From the NCBI RefSeq assembly GCF_964204645.1, contig NC_134033.1, forward strand, positions 14,020,655 through 14,084,654: a stretch of DNA of 64,000 bases, read 5' to 3'. Both the position numbers and the translations under genes were made by a program. Source of the DNA: Tubulanus polymorphus. Its lineage: Eukaryota; Animalia; Nemertea. Every line of letters begins with the position of its first letter. Within the stretch, counting starts at the first letter, position 1. A model generated the notes under the pieces. The model searched no databases. It saw only the letters and a program-made list of their open reading frames with translations, and had not been told where the DNA came from. Shown in pieces: positions 53,301 to 64,000 of this stretch.

Positions 53301-56300
53301 CATCAAAGGATGGATCTGTAATGAAAACTTTGATTGTTGTTACAGGTTATGGGGTGAACCGGTGAATCTAAGAGAACAGCACGACGCGCTAGAATTCTTC
53401 AACAGTCTCGTCGACAGTTTGGACGAAGCGATGAAAACTCTCGGTAATTCTCCGGCCGTGTCGAAGGTTCTCGGAGGCACGTTCGCCGATCAGAAAATCT
53501 GTAAAGATTGTCCTCACAGGTATGTTTGTGTTCCAGCACCTCGAGGTCAGTGTCGGGAAAATTTGATAATTTCAGGTCTTTTTGGGCATTTGCTACTTTC
53601 ACCTCTGTTCGAATAGACCCACAGGTCTGAATTTTCAGAATTTCGTTTGTCGTTTCAGATATTCTCGAGAGGAATCTTTCACGACGTTGAACATCGACAT
53701 CAGAAACCAACAGAACCTGCTCGAGTCGTTAGAACAATACGTGAAAGGAGATCTACTGGAAGGTGCGAACGCTTATCACTGCGAGAAATGCGGTAAAAAG
53801 GTATGAAACATAATCTCTTTATTCATCACTTTCCTGCCATACTGGTAGCTGATGAGGGGTTCACGTAGAACCTAGAACCCCTTGTGTTAGTTGATCACTC
53901 CCACCATGAGTGGTACCTTAACCACCTTCACAGGTTGGCTGTGACGGGTCGCTGTTTCCTACATGAGGTTTTCCTCCCCTGAGTCACGGTTAAATTGGGG
54001 TCCTGGAGATGCGGGCGCCGGGCGACCAACTGCTTGACAGAGACTTCTAACCACATACGCAGAAACAAAGAGAGACCTGCGACAACAGAGATACCAGTAT
54101 AAATAATCACTTTTAATTACGATTACGATATTGAGATATCACTTGATCGATGACCAATCTCGAACTGACCTGTTGCCGCCAAAAATCATAATATAGAGCA
54201 CTGTAGATGGCAGCACCTTACAGAAAAATCACCCGGTCACATGGCCACAGACCTGGAAAACTCAGAACCAGAAAAATCTAGAAAAAAATCATGAAAACTC
54301 GGGGAATTTGATGAACTTCACCAAAAACCTGGAAAACTAATGTGTTTGGAAGGTCCCCAAGACCAAGGGCATCTGTTCTACAACCAAACATGTTTATTTC
54401 ACAGGTCGACACAGTGAAGAGAATGTGTATTAAGAAACTACCGCCGATGTTAGCGATACAGTTGAAGAGATTCGACTACGATTGGGAGCGGTGAGTGTGA
54501 AAATAAATTAACAGTTTTTCGAGAAAAATATTCAAACAAAATATTCTATTCGTTTAAAACCTGTTATTTTATTTCTCGTAGAGAATGCGCCGTCAAATTC
54601 AACGACTATTTCGAATTCCCGAGAGAATTAGAAATGGAACCGTACACAGTTCAAGGCCTCGCTAAAATCGAAGGTAAGTAGGCATTTCAAAATTTTACAC
54701 AGTGGCCACTAGAACTGGAGAACCTAGAAAATTCAGGAAATCAGCCAGGAAAATCTAGAAAAAATCAGGGAAAAATGCTGGAAAATGCGGGCTCCGGTTT
54801 TACAGACTGGTATTACCTTTAACCCGAGGGCTAACTTAATTAATTTTCAATTTAGTTAGCCTCCGGGTTAAAGGTAATACCGGTCTATAAAACCGGGCCC
54901 AGAGAATTTGGATATACTATTGACCACGCATTTCTTTTTACATGATTAATTAAAATTGCATAGATTGAAACATTTCAAACATAGAAAAATCAGGGAATTT
55001 ATAAATTGGCAGAAAGTGGCCAACGCTGAAGTTAAGTTAATTCAGAATCGAGCTGATTTGATTCATAGATATGAATTGAAGTAGGAAATATATGAAATTT
55101 TTGCAATTTATTCTGGTGTTTTCCGCGTAGGTGAAGTAATCGCCGATGACAACGACGAAATCGAAGCATTATCTAAACAGAGCAGTCGTTACCGTCTGGT
55201 CGGCGTTGTCGTGCACAGCGGTCAGGCCAGCGGCGGCCATTACTACTCGTACATCCTGCATCGACCGCCCGAGCAGACAATGAAATGGTATAAGTTCGAC
55301 GACGGCGAGGTGTCCGAGTGTAAAATGGACGACGACGAGGAAATGAAGATTCAATGTTTCGGCGGAGAGTACGTCGGAGAGGTGTTCGATCATATGTTAA
55401 AACGGTTAGTTTTCGGTTCTTTAGTTTCATAACTGCAGCCACTCTCAGGCTGTAAGCTGAGGTTGGGGGCTCAGGGCTGCCACTCTCAGGCTGTAAGCTG
55501 AGGTTGGGGGGCTCAGGGCCGCCACTCTCAGGCTGTAAGCTGAGGTTGGGGGCTCAGGGCCTGTGCATTTCGTGTGAACCGCCTGAAGTTCGAAGATGAA
55601 TTCTTACAGATCTGATCTGGGAAATTTAGGAGAGTAGGGGAGTATTTATTTTTCCTTGCGGGAAATATCAGGGAATTCTGACTTTTTTCTTGAAAATCAG
55701 GGAATTCAAACCTTTGCTGTTTCATTCTTGCCAGTGAGGAGTGGCGCAAGGAGCCTCTTGTTAAGGAACAGTTGCCATTGAGGATATCTTATAATTTAAT
55801 CAGTGATTTTCAGTGGAAGGTCGGGGAAAATTGGGGTATTTTGGATTCCATGATCCGTAAGAACGTTGGGAAAATATGCGCTGATTGTCAGACATGATTA
55901 GCAGCCGGCTGGATGTTACTCTGTAATTAGCTGATTTGTAAGCGATGCATGTTTTACAGGATGTCGTATCGACGTCAGAAACGATGGTGGAACGCGTATA
56001 TACTGATCTACGAGAAAATCGACGCCACTTCACACGACGTCAATAATAAACTATCAAAAAGCCTGCAGGATCTCAGTATTGGTGCGTACGAGTATTCGCT
56101 TGTCAGGGTGGCCGCTAGCCTGGACATCAGGGAAATTTCTTTTCAAAAAAGTTGAGGAATTTTGCAGCAAAAAAAATTAAGAATCAAGGAAAAGTTAGGA
56201 GAATTTGTTTCGGTTGCTAGATTGCAGATAAAATCAAACAGTTTCCATCTATGCCTTAAGTATTTGACTGTGTTAATTGATTGGATTCTTAGCAGATCAA

Positions 56301-59300
56301 GTCAGGGAAAAGTTGGGGGAAGCAAGTTAAATAAAAGTGGCCGCCCTGTTTGTATGTAGCCGTTATCTATAAAAGTAGTGTCATCTGATGATGTCCGGTT
56401 TTTCGATGATTTCAGTCAATAAAGCGGTAAAAATGCCACTGAAAATCGAGCGTTGCGTTCGCAAACAGAACACGCAGTTCATGCACAGCAAAAACCAGTT
56501 CTCGATGGAGTATTTCCAGTTCATACGCAAACTATTGATGTGTAATCAACCCTACCTCACTCCGATGCCGGAAAAACTTGTAAGTACAACTCCTGTACCA
56601 TGGGAAGTTTTAGACAAACGAAACTAATGGCATATTTCAACATTTCACTTTGAAAACTGTGTTTTGGCGTAATTAAATTCAGAGTCCCGAGGCAGAAGAG
56701 TTGGCTATGATCAGTATACAAGTGGCGTCGAAGTTCCTGTTTTCAGTTGGATTTCACACGAAGAAAACTTTACGGTACGAAAGTCCAAACTACAATTCAA
56801 CAACTGACTACAATTTTACGACTACAACACTAGAGCAACTACAATACTATATTACTACAAATATAGCTGCAAAGCAGCGATAATGGGTTTTCCGTAACCT
56901 TAATTACATCGCTACAACTCTAATACTACATACATTACATGTACTATAACTACAACTACAATTCTCCAAATTGTGTATTAATGAATGAATGTTATTTGTA
57001 AATTTAGGGGTCCTGCTAACGAATGGTACGACGCACTGAGTATTCACCTCAGACACAGTAAACTAACGCGCACATGGTTCGCCGAGAAAGTCTTATTCGA
57101 AAATTCACATCGTTTTGCTGAATATTTACTGGAATGTCCGAGCTCCGAGGTGAGAGTCGTCGAAGTAATGATTCAGTCACGTTTTCAGTCAAACTGTGTC
57201 TTTTGAGTTAAATTCATGACTCAATATCCTTCAGGATACAGTTCCTCAGTAGTGAGTTAGAGTTAACTCGGAATAAGTTTCATTTTCAGAGTCCTTTTTC
57301 AGGGAGTTATTATTATTATTATTATTATACATGTTTTAGTGCCCTGTCCAGATTAATGAAACTGCTCCAGAGCACTTACAAATAAAGAAATACGACGTAC
57401 AATAAAATATGATGATAAAAACATTACGATATTGAATTTAAAAACAGTGAACATTCAGTAAGACAATTTCAATTGATGGCAATTTAGAGTCAAATCTCAC
57501 AACCGTGGAACTGGGTCTAGTACGCTTTGGTACGCGTGTTTCCATCTGGTTTAATCTTGTTCCGTTCTTTTACCCCGCCCAGGTACGCAGCGCGTTCGTC
57601 AAAGTGTTGGTATTCTTGGCTCACTTCTCTCTTCAAGACGGCCCGTGCCCGCCGCCGCTGATGCCCGGGCTGTACAGCTCGGAGGAGGTAGCCGACCCCG
57701 GTGCGACGCTCAGCGATCATTTACTCGTAGCGATACTAAATCTACTGAAGAAAGAAGTCTCCGAACACGGCCGACATTTAACGCAGTATTTCCATCTGTT
57801 TCTGATGTACGCTAATTTAGGAATAACCGAGGTATGTTGGTTCAGTTAAGTCTAATCCTGTAAACTCTGCTCAAGTTGGAACTTTTTTGGAATTCATCCA
57901 ACTTGTGAAAATGACTTGAGTTGGATCCTTTAGCACTATGGAAATTTGGGAGTGATATCTGAGTTGGATAGCGCAGTAGACTCGCCTCGAGTCAGATGGA
58001 TCATTCAGACAAAATTTGTCCAACGTTAGAGCAATATCCATGTTTGATAGTAAATATTTCATCTGTAATGTCTGATTATCACTCTTCGTTATTTTCATTT
58101 CAGAAACAACAGCTGTTGAAGTTGGAAGTGCCGGCTACGTTTATGTTGGTCGCGTTGGATGAAGGTCCTGGACCGCCGATCAAATATCAATACCCCGAAT
58201 TCGGTAAACTGTTTGCCGTCGTGTCGCAGCTCGTGCGCTGCTGTGACGTTTCAATCAGATGTCAATCATCCACACCCGTACGTATCGACCAACTAGATTC
58301 ATTTAGATAACCCCAGAGCTGCCAACTCTTCCTGATTTTCAGTATTTTGTTAATATTTTGTTCCTAGAAATACTGATTTGATGCGTTGAGAAATGTGAAA
58401 GATGTTACTGAGGGTCTTACCATTGAATACCGATTAATTCCAACCTTTTCTTTCATATTTCAATGAAATATTTCTGAAAAAAAAAAACAGTTTTTGATAG
58501 CACTTTCAGAGGTTGGCGGCCACAAATCCCTTATGAAATTGTCAAATATAAGGTGGTGGTTAAATCCTTGTAATAAAAATGGCTCCCTCTTTAAATCCCC
58601 TAATGACATCATCAAATTTCATAGAGTGCTGTCATCTCGAGGGAGCGATGAATTTCTATAAGTATTCGGATTTGTATTAGATCAAAAATATTATTTCGTT
58701 GTTGTATATTTCGCTAGGGTCAGAACGCTCTTACGAATCCACACGGAGACCCAAACCTCGGCGAATCGTTGATGCCGATTCCGTCGCCGGTTGCCGAGAT
58801 TCTCTACGGTCGAACGAGCTACGTGAAAAAATTGATCGAAGATTGTAACAATATGGAAGAGACGACGAAACTACTGCGGGTATGTACGAGAGGAATAACC
58901 GTGAAATTCTGTAGTCTCACTTTCAAATCCGATTCAACTGCATTTTGATGGAACGAGTTGTATTGAATTTTGACACTAGAGTTTAATCTATATTCGACGA
59001 CTCAAGAGGTGAAATTCAAAGACTTCACGGTCATATTCATTGACTGGGTTAGGATTTGATGAATCTAGAATTTGGAATTTAAATTGATTGATTATCGTAA
59101 CCTCAACATAGCATCTAGAATTGAATCTAGTTTTTGGAATCTGTATTGATTAGTATTTTCTCTTTATTTATCTAGTTCTGTAGCTGGGAGAATCCACATT
59201 TCTCGTCGACTGTGTTGTGTGAACTACTCTGGCAGGTGGCGTACTCGTATACGTACGAGCTGCGCCCGTATTTGGATCTGTTGTTGCAGATTTTATTGCT

Positions 59301-61476
59301 CGAAGATTCGTGGCAGAACCATCGCATTCACAATGCTCTTAAAGGTTTGTTCTGTGACAAAAATTGTAGATCAACGAATTTGATGTATTCTGGAACCACC
59401 CCCTTCAGTCTGGAATCATCTCCTTCAGCCTAGAACCACTCTCTTCGGCCTGGAACGACCTCCTTCAGCCTGGAGCCATCTTCAGTCTGGAGCCACCCAT
59501 TTCAGCCTGGAACCACCTCCTTCAACTTGGAACCACACCTTCAGATTATCAGCATTTGTCTTGATTTTCATTTTTGTGCTGATGAAATATCTAATGTCTG
59601 GTGTTAGTAGTTGAAAGTCAGAATGTCTCGAAAAGTTTTAAAAAAAAGAAGTGAAATACTAAAAGCTTGTGAAATGCGGACGATCAGGAGATGTTGAATG
59701 AAGTGGGATGGGACCTGCATTACTGTGGGACACTCGTTTGTTAAACGTAGTGTCGGATGTTTTTCAGGGATTCCCGAAGACCGCGACGGTCTCTTCGATA
59801 CGATTCAACGTTCGAAAAATCACTACCAAAAGAGGGCGTATCAGTGCATCAAAATGATGGTGGCGCTGTTCGGGTTGTGTCAGCCGGCCGCGCAGATGTT
59901 ACAAACGAACGGCGATCTGAAACGCAAATGGACGTGGGCCGTCGAGTGGTTACACGATGAACTTGAGCGGGTATGTACATCAAATATACATATAAAAAAC
60001 ATTCCCTGAAAACGAGAATTCATAGGATTACTACCGCGCTTAATTCCCTGTCGGGAACAGTCGTCTGCTGTGTTTATTCCCTAGAATATACATAATTATC
60101 GAGCAGATCCTTACTAACTAGTCACTAACTAGTTGCTATCTAGTGACATTATTTGTAAAATCAAGCGGCTAAAGGGCTACCATTGAAATGCCTTTATTAC
60201 TACAACTACCAGTACTAAAACTGGTCGGATACTTGCCCGTGATCACTAATGATGGCCAACATTTGACCTTGTTTTTTTTTGTACTGATGAATATTGGTTT
60301 TCTATTTGACAGCGTCATTATTCTACGAACGCGCAATACGCGTACAACAACTGGTCTCCGCCGGCCCAATCGAACGAGACATCCAACGGATACTTCATAG
60401 AACGTTCTCACAGCGCTCGTATAACGCTCGCGAAGGCCGTCGATCTCTGCCCCGAAGAGGTACGTCTCGAAATAGCTCTATTTATTCTTCGTATTTTGGC
60501 ATGCTATCGTCGACTCTCCAAATAGGGCACTTGAAATTGTGCACCGATACTAAACCAGGGTGGCTATTGACCTGGAAAACTTAGGAAATCAGAAAAATAT
60601 GGAAAATCAGGGAAAATTCAGAGAATTTGACAAATTTTGCTAAAAAAAAACCTGGATAACTCAGGAATGTGGATATGTTATTGACTAAGTGTTCCTTTCA
60701 ATACATGATTCATATGTGAATGAATTAACATTTACCAAGAAATTCAATGTTTATTTAGTCAATACCCCAGAGGAGCGCTACCTGCATGAAATAAATGATT
60801 TCACTGTTGCTTCTCACAGGAACCGGAAGAAGGTGATATCACTGATGATCAGGAGAGTCCTCAACCAACGGACGAGCAGCCTCCTCCGCAATCACCGCAG
60901 CAACCTCGTCCTAACAATCAGGTCAGTTGAGTTCAAATCTGAGAACATTTTGGTGGACAGATTATAGTCGTACAGATTTCTGGCCGATTTTTCGTTGAGG
61001 GAAGCCACTTTCCTGGAAATCAGGGAGAAGTCGAGGATTTTCCTTTCTTCAAAAAAGGTCAGGGTATAGTCAGGGAGTTAATTTGAGATTGCTAGATCGT
61101 GCGTAACATCAAACAGTTTGTGGTGATGTATTACAAATTTGACTGTTAATTGATAGGATTCTTAACAGATCAAGTCAAGGAAAACAACGTGCATGTCAGG
61201 GAATAGTCGGGGGAAAGACATTTCAAATAAAAATGGCCGCTCTGTCGTATGTTACTGTATGGTATGAACATTTGTTACTGATATTCGTTACATGTCTTAT
61301 AGGTGAACGTACCGACGAGCACAGCGCCACCTAACAATCAGATTACGAACCAGCTGAATCAACAACCGGCTCCGCCGCGTCAACAACAGCTTAAGGACAC
61401 GTCTCCGGAAAATATCGAAGAGGAGGCGCCACCTATACAGAGTACCAGTAATACTCCACCGGTTGAATCGTCATGA
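35351..61476 (+). CDS. USP9X: Ubiquitin carboxyl-terminal hydrolase FAF-X / fat facets (USP9), 2514 aa, 48 coding exons
   Basis: Exons 35351-35621, 36208-36320, 37012-37124, 37203-37308, 37629-37741, 38265-38516, 39664-39802, 40130-40282, 40727-40831, 41359-41457, 41844-42068, 42796-42946, 43393-43532, 43642-43713, 44040-44357, 44951-45162, 45657-45785, 46542-46653, 47039-47176, 47258-47378, 47502-47605, 48092-48246, 48553-48790, 49145-49270, 49430-49593, 50018-50126, 50365-50511, 51176-51322, 51643-51859, 52362-52579, 53011-53180, 53346-53519, 53659-53800, 54405-54490, 54582-54673, 55131-55404, 55960-56081, 56416-56579, 56683-56774, 57008-57149, 57583-57831, 58104-58277, 58718-58879, 59176-59344, 59768-59970, 60313-60459, 60820-60921, 61303-61476 (7545 nt, phases consistent, all GT-AG). 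Hallmarks: [24 protein letters not shown], Cys box [21 protein letters not shown] zinc finger, His box [31 protein letters not shown]. Confidence 0.97.
36350..36960. repeat. Tandem duplication of about 310 bp in a USP9X intron, including a MITE fragment
   Basis: Both halves share GTCATCTTCAAATGAAATTGTTAGATTCAAGTTAGATTGG and flanking sequence. Confidence 0.85.
38566..39434. repeat. 44-45 bp minisatellite with higher-order arrangement
   Basis: Unit types A (44 bp), B, C and D (45 bp) in the order C-A-A-B-C-A8-B-C-A-B-C-D-C'. Confidence 0.95.
40897..41116. repeat. 39-bp minisatellite, about 5.6 copies
   Basis: AGTCTACTAAGATTCATTTAGCTACTTTATTCATACTTT repeated almost perfectly. Confidence 0.95.
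41488..41770. mobile_element. CAGGGTGGCCAC-family MITE with 5-bp TSD (representative copy; about 14 copies or fragments in USP9X introns)
   Basis: Termini CAGGG...AGTGGCCACCCTG; TTCTA duplicated on both flanks; internal GGAAAA(C/T)CAGGGAA repeats. Other full copies at 44437-44686 (TSD TTTTC) and 56104-56348 (CTTGT/TTTGT). Confidence 0.8.
42601..42738. mobile_element. Harbinger/PIF-type MITE; relatives at about 19787-19892 and 52801-52927
   Basis: TIR GGGCCGGTTGCATAGTC / GACTGTGCAACTGGCCC; CAG/CTG flanks; internal TAAGACCA repeats. Confidence 0.8.
46158..46284. mobile_element. Harbinger/PIF-type palindromic MITE
   Basis: TIR GGGCCAGTTGCTCAAAAGTTGGTTA / TAACCAACTTTCGAGCAACTGGCCC. Confidence 0.85.
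47769..48015. repeat. 41-bp minisatellite, about 6 copies
   Basis: GACTCTTACAGTCCTGTATTGCCTCTGCTAGATAAAGTAAA. Confidence 0.9.
54789..54900. mobile_element. Palindromic Harbinger-like MITE nested in a CAGGG-family MITE (about 54698-55028)
   Basis: Nearly fully self-complementary: GGGCTCCGGTTTTACAGACTGGTATTACCTTTAACCCGAGG ... CCTCCGGGTTAAAGGTAATACCGGTCTATAAAACCGGGCCC. Confidence 0.8.
55433..55562. repeat. Three copies of a GC-rich unit of about 41-42 bp
   Basis: GCCACTCTCAGGCTGTAAGCTGAGGTTGGGGGCTCAGGGCT, three times. Confidence 0.9.
59390..59545. repeat. Degenerate minisatellite of about 20 bp
   Basis: CTGGAACCACCTCCTTCAGC-like units, about 8 copies. Confidence 0.8.
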
Positions 61477-64000
61477 ATCAAACGTCGGACGCTCGCGGCT
61501 CTTCAATTTTCACTGATGAATGAAAACTTTTTGTTCATCTTAGGAAATTAGTCCGTAAATATGTAAAATAAAAAATGAATTTAGATGAATCTGAAAGTGA
61601 ATTTAGAATATGGACAGTGCATTCACTGGAATCTGTTTGAAGTTCGTTCTATATTTTGGATATCGTTTATGGGTGTTGCTGGAGTACACTAGACGCAAAT
61701 AAGGGGTAAGGGAGAGAGGGACTTGAGTATTTGTAATTAATTTACTAGGGGTCCATACGAGGATGTATATTAATTGAATGGTTTAACACGTGTGTGTTTG
61801 TGTTGTGTGATGCAAGAACGTCGCGATTTTGATGTCTTCAAAACAAGATGTCTTTAAACATCTCTAAACCTTTCAATCAAATTTCATTAAAAAGGGGTTG
61901 TCAGTTGTTGCAATTACCCCTGGTGCCATAGTGACGAGTCTAATTTGACTCCAGATGTGGATTGAATTCGGGACATAATTCATGAATTCCAAACATATTT
62001 ATCAGTAGATCTACTTAAAAACTATGTTCAGCATTCGTAGATTATGTCCAGAATGCGATCTACAAATTTTGAATTTATATTACACTTGGGCCAAACAGAG
62101 TTATACACTGTATGTTTTCTGGGGGGAAAGTTATTATAAAGTTAAGCCCTGCTGTGAGAAATAACCATTTACGAAAAAAAAACTATAAAATTTACACATT
62201 GTAATTTATGATGAGAGATAATTGAACTGATTAATTAATTGATTAATGGTAGTTAAGATAAATGTATGTAATAATAATAATAATAATAATACTATTAGTA
62301 ATAGGAATAGTTGTATTAATTAGATGTGAAATTGATGTCCGTAATGTGTTGATGGTGAAATTATAATATTACCAAAAAAAACCTAGATTTCAAATATTCA
62401 AGGGGATATGGGTAGGGAGGGAGAGGGGTATTGTCTATCGAATATGAATTGCCACATATTTCTCTTCAATGTACATAATATACATATTTGCTTGATACGA
62501 AGAAAAACTGCATGTAAACGAACCGAGAATCTGCTCCGCACCCGCGCCGGCTGTTTCTTTTATATTCCTCTCGATGTAAGTGTAAATTTCGACCGAAAAA
62601 AACCCGCGATCATTTCTGTATTTTTCTTGTAAATATAGATATTGTAAGTGCTTGGATTCACTTGTTTATGTGGCTCGTTCGATGATGCATACACCGCAGC
62701 TATTGCCTAGTCAACGCTTGTCTCGGGGCAGTAGTAGAAAGCGTCCTAAGCTCGTGTAAGCTCGAGTCCAGTTTCACCGCTGTTATGAGTTGCGTACGAG
62801 ATAAATCAGTCGTTCGTCATTCAGATATTAAACTCTAGAGCGCCGAACTGGAAATCAGAACTCGGCTTCCTTCAGCTCTCATGACAGTCGGATAGGACTC
62901 GACACTGAATGATTTGATTAAGATTTCGAGTTTTAAGGTCAAGAGTGGGGAATATTTGTTGCGGTTTTGTTACGAATGCGCGAAGATGAGGGATATTTTT
63001 GGAAGAGGGATGGGGGGAAAACTGTATTATAGTTGAAACCAATATTGTAACGTTAATAATGCAGGCACGTTATCGATGACAGCTTGGACTCGCTCCTCAG
63101 ACGAATCATTTACATAGTTTACATTTTTTCGATCGTCCACACTTCACACGTGTTCGGAACTTCGATCGAAAATGAGGGGGCGTTGAATATTGAAATTGTT
63201 ACATTGTTGAGCATTTGAAACCACTTTCCTAGTGGGCGTGGTGTCCGTGGACCCTTAGTTTTCAGTAATCGTCCATACTTGAACACTTAATAATTGGTGA
63301 ACGTGTAAAGGGGTGGATCCAGGCTGTATATCGATACCTGCTCCAAGTGATATATATTCCATGTGCTATGGTTTGCATTTTTTTGTTGGTTTTGTTTTGT
63401 TTTTTACATCAGAAAAAAAAAACTGAAACAATTTGAAATAGAAATGTTGCAAATTATTTCCGTAGAAAATAGTTAACCACAAATCGGACATCCGAAAAAT
63501 CAAAAGAGAGATGTTCACAACACGCAATCACACGAATTTTCTTTTAAATCAATAATAAAGCGCGGGGTGACGTCACGTGATTATGAGCCCGTAGCGACAT
63601 CTGGTTGTCATGAGATGAATAATTATTTGTTAAAGGTGTATTGAATAGGTATAGTTTCACGATTCGTTGAATCGCGGACGTGTAAACTAGGTATAGACTA
63701 GTCAATGCGCCCATGGTTGAATGAATAGTGCACGCTACGCGCTCCTCGCCTTTCATGTCCAATCCATAACTAGCTTTCACGCACGTTGGCTTTTTGTAAT
63801 ATAGTCATTTTTGTAGCGAACGTCGACTGAGGTACTATTTTCAAAACCTACGAATTCTCCCAGTAAAGAAAGCAGCCCGCCTCACGTACTCGACGTACTG
63901 TGACAGTGTAACGTTGTTACAACGAACTTCAGGGGGACCAGAAAATATGTCGCGTTATAGCCGATTGTTCGTTATAACCAGAATGAAATTATTGAAAATT

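Noticed and set aside
53915-53933. U12-type intron suggested by CCTTAAC near an AG
   Set aside because: No upstream (G/A)TATCCT donor; all reconstructed introns look like U2-type GT-AG.

Overview
Eukaryotic, intron-rich, AT-rich genomic DNA from an animal, probably an invertebrate; the taxon cannot be fixed from sequence alone. Five spliced genes were rebuilt by hand from GT-AG junctions with exon-phase checks. They are: the last coding exon of CFAP300/C11orf70 (+, 5535-5654); IQCG/DRC9 (-, 7 coding exons, 395 aa); RPL35A (+, 127 aa), head-to-head with IQCG as in human; an extended-SDR/NAD(P)-dependent reductase (+, 9 exons, 426 aa, 11-kb first intron, acidic tail); and USP9X/fat facets (+, 48 coding exons, 2514 aa). 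Introns are packed with short non-autonomous DNA transposons (piggyBac-, pogo/Tc1-, Harbinger-, Zator- and Merlin-like, plus a 5-bp-TSD CAGGG family) and with minisatellites, two of which appear to derive from MITE sequence. There is no autonomous transposase, CRISPR array or clearly new protein system. The best leads are regulatory or RNA-level: an AP-1 site cluster and alternative first exons at the reductase, a strand-biased MITE family, structured intronic islands in RPL35A and USP9X, split uORFs in USP9X, and possible nested antisense 5' exons in the CFAP300 intron. All identifications come from recalled family motifs, not database searches.
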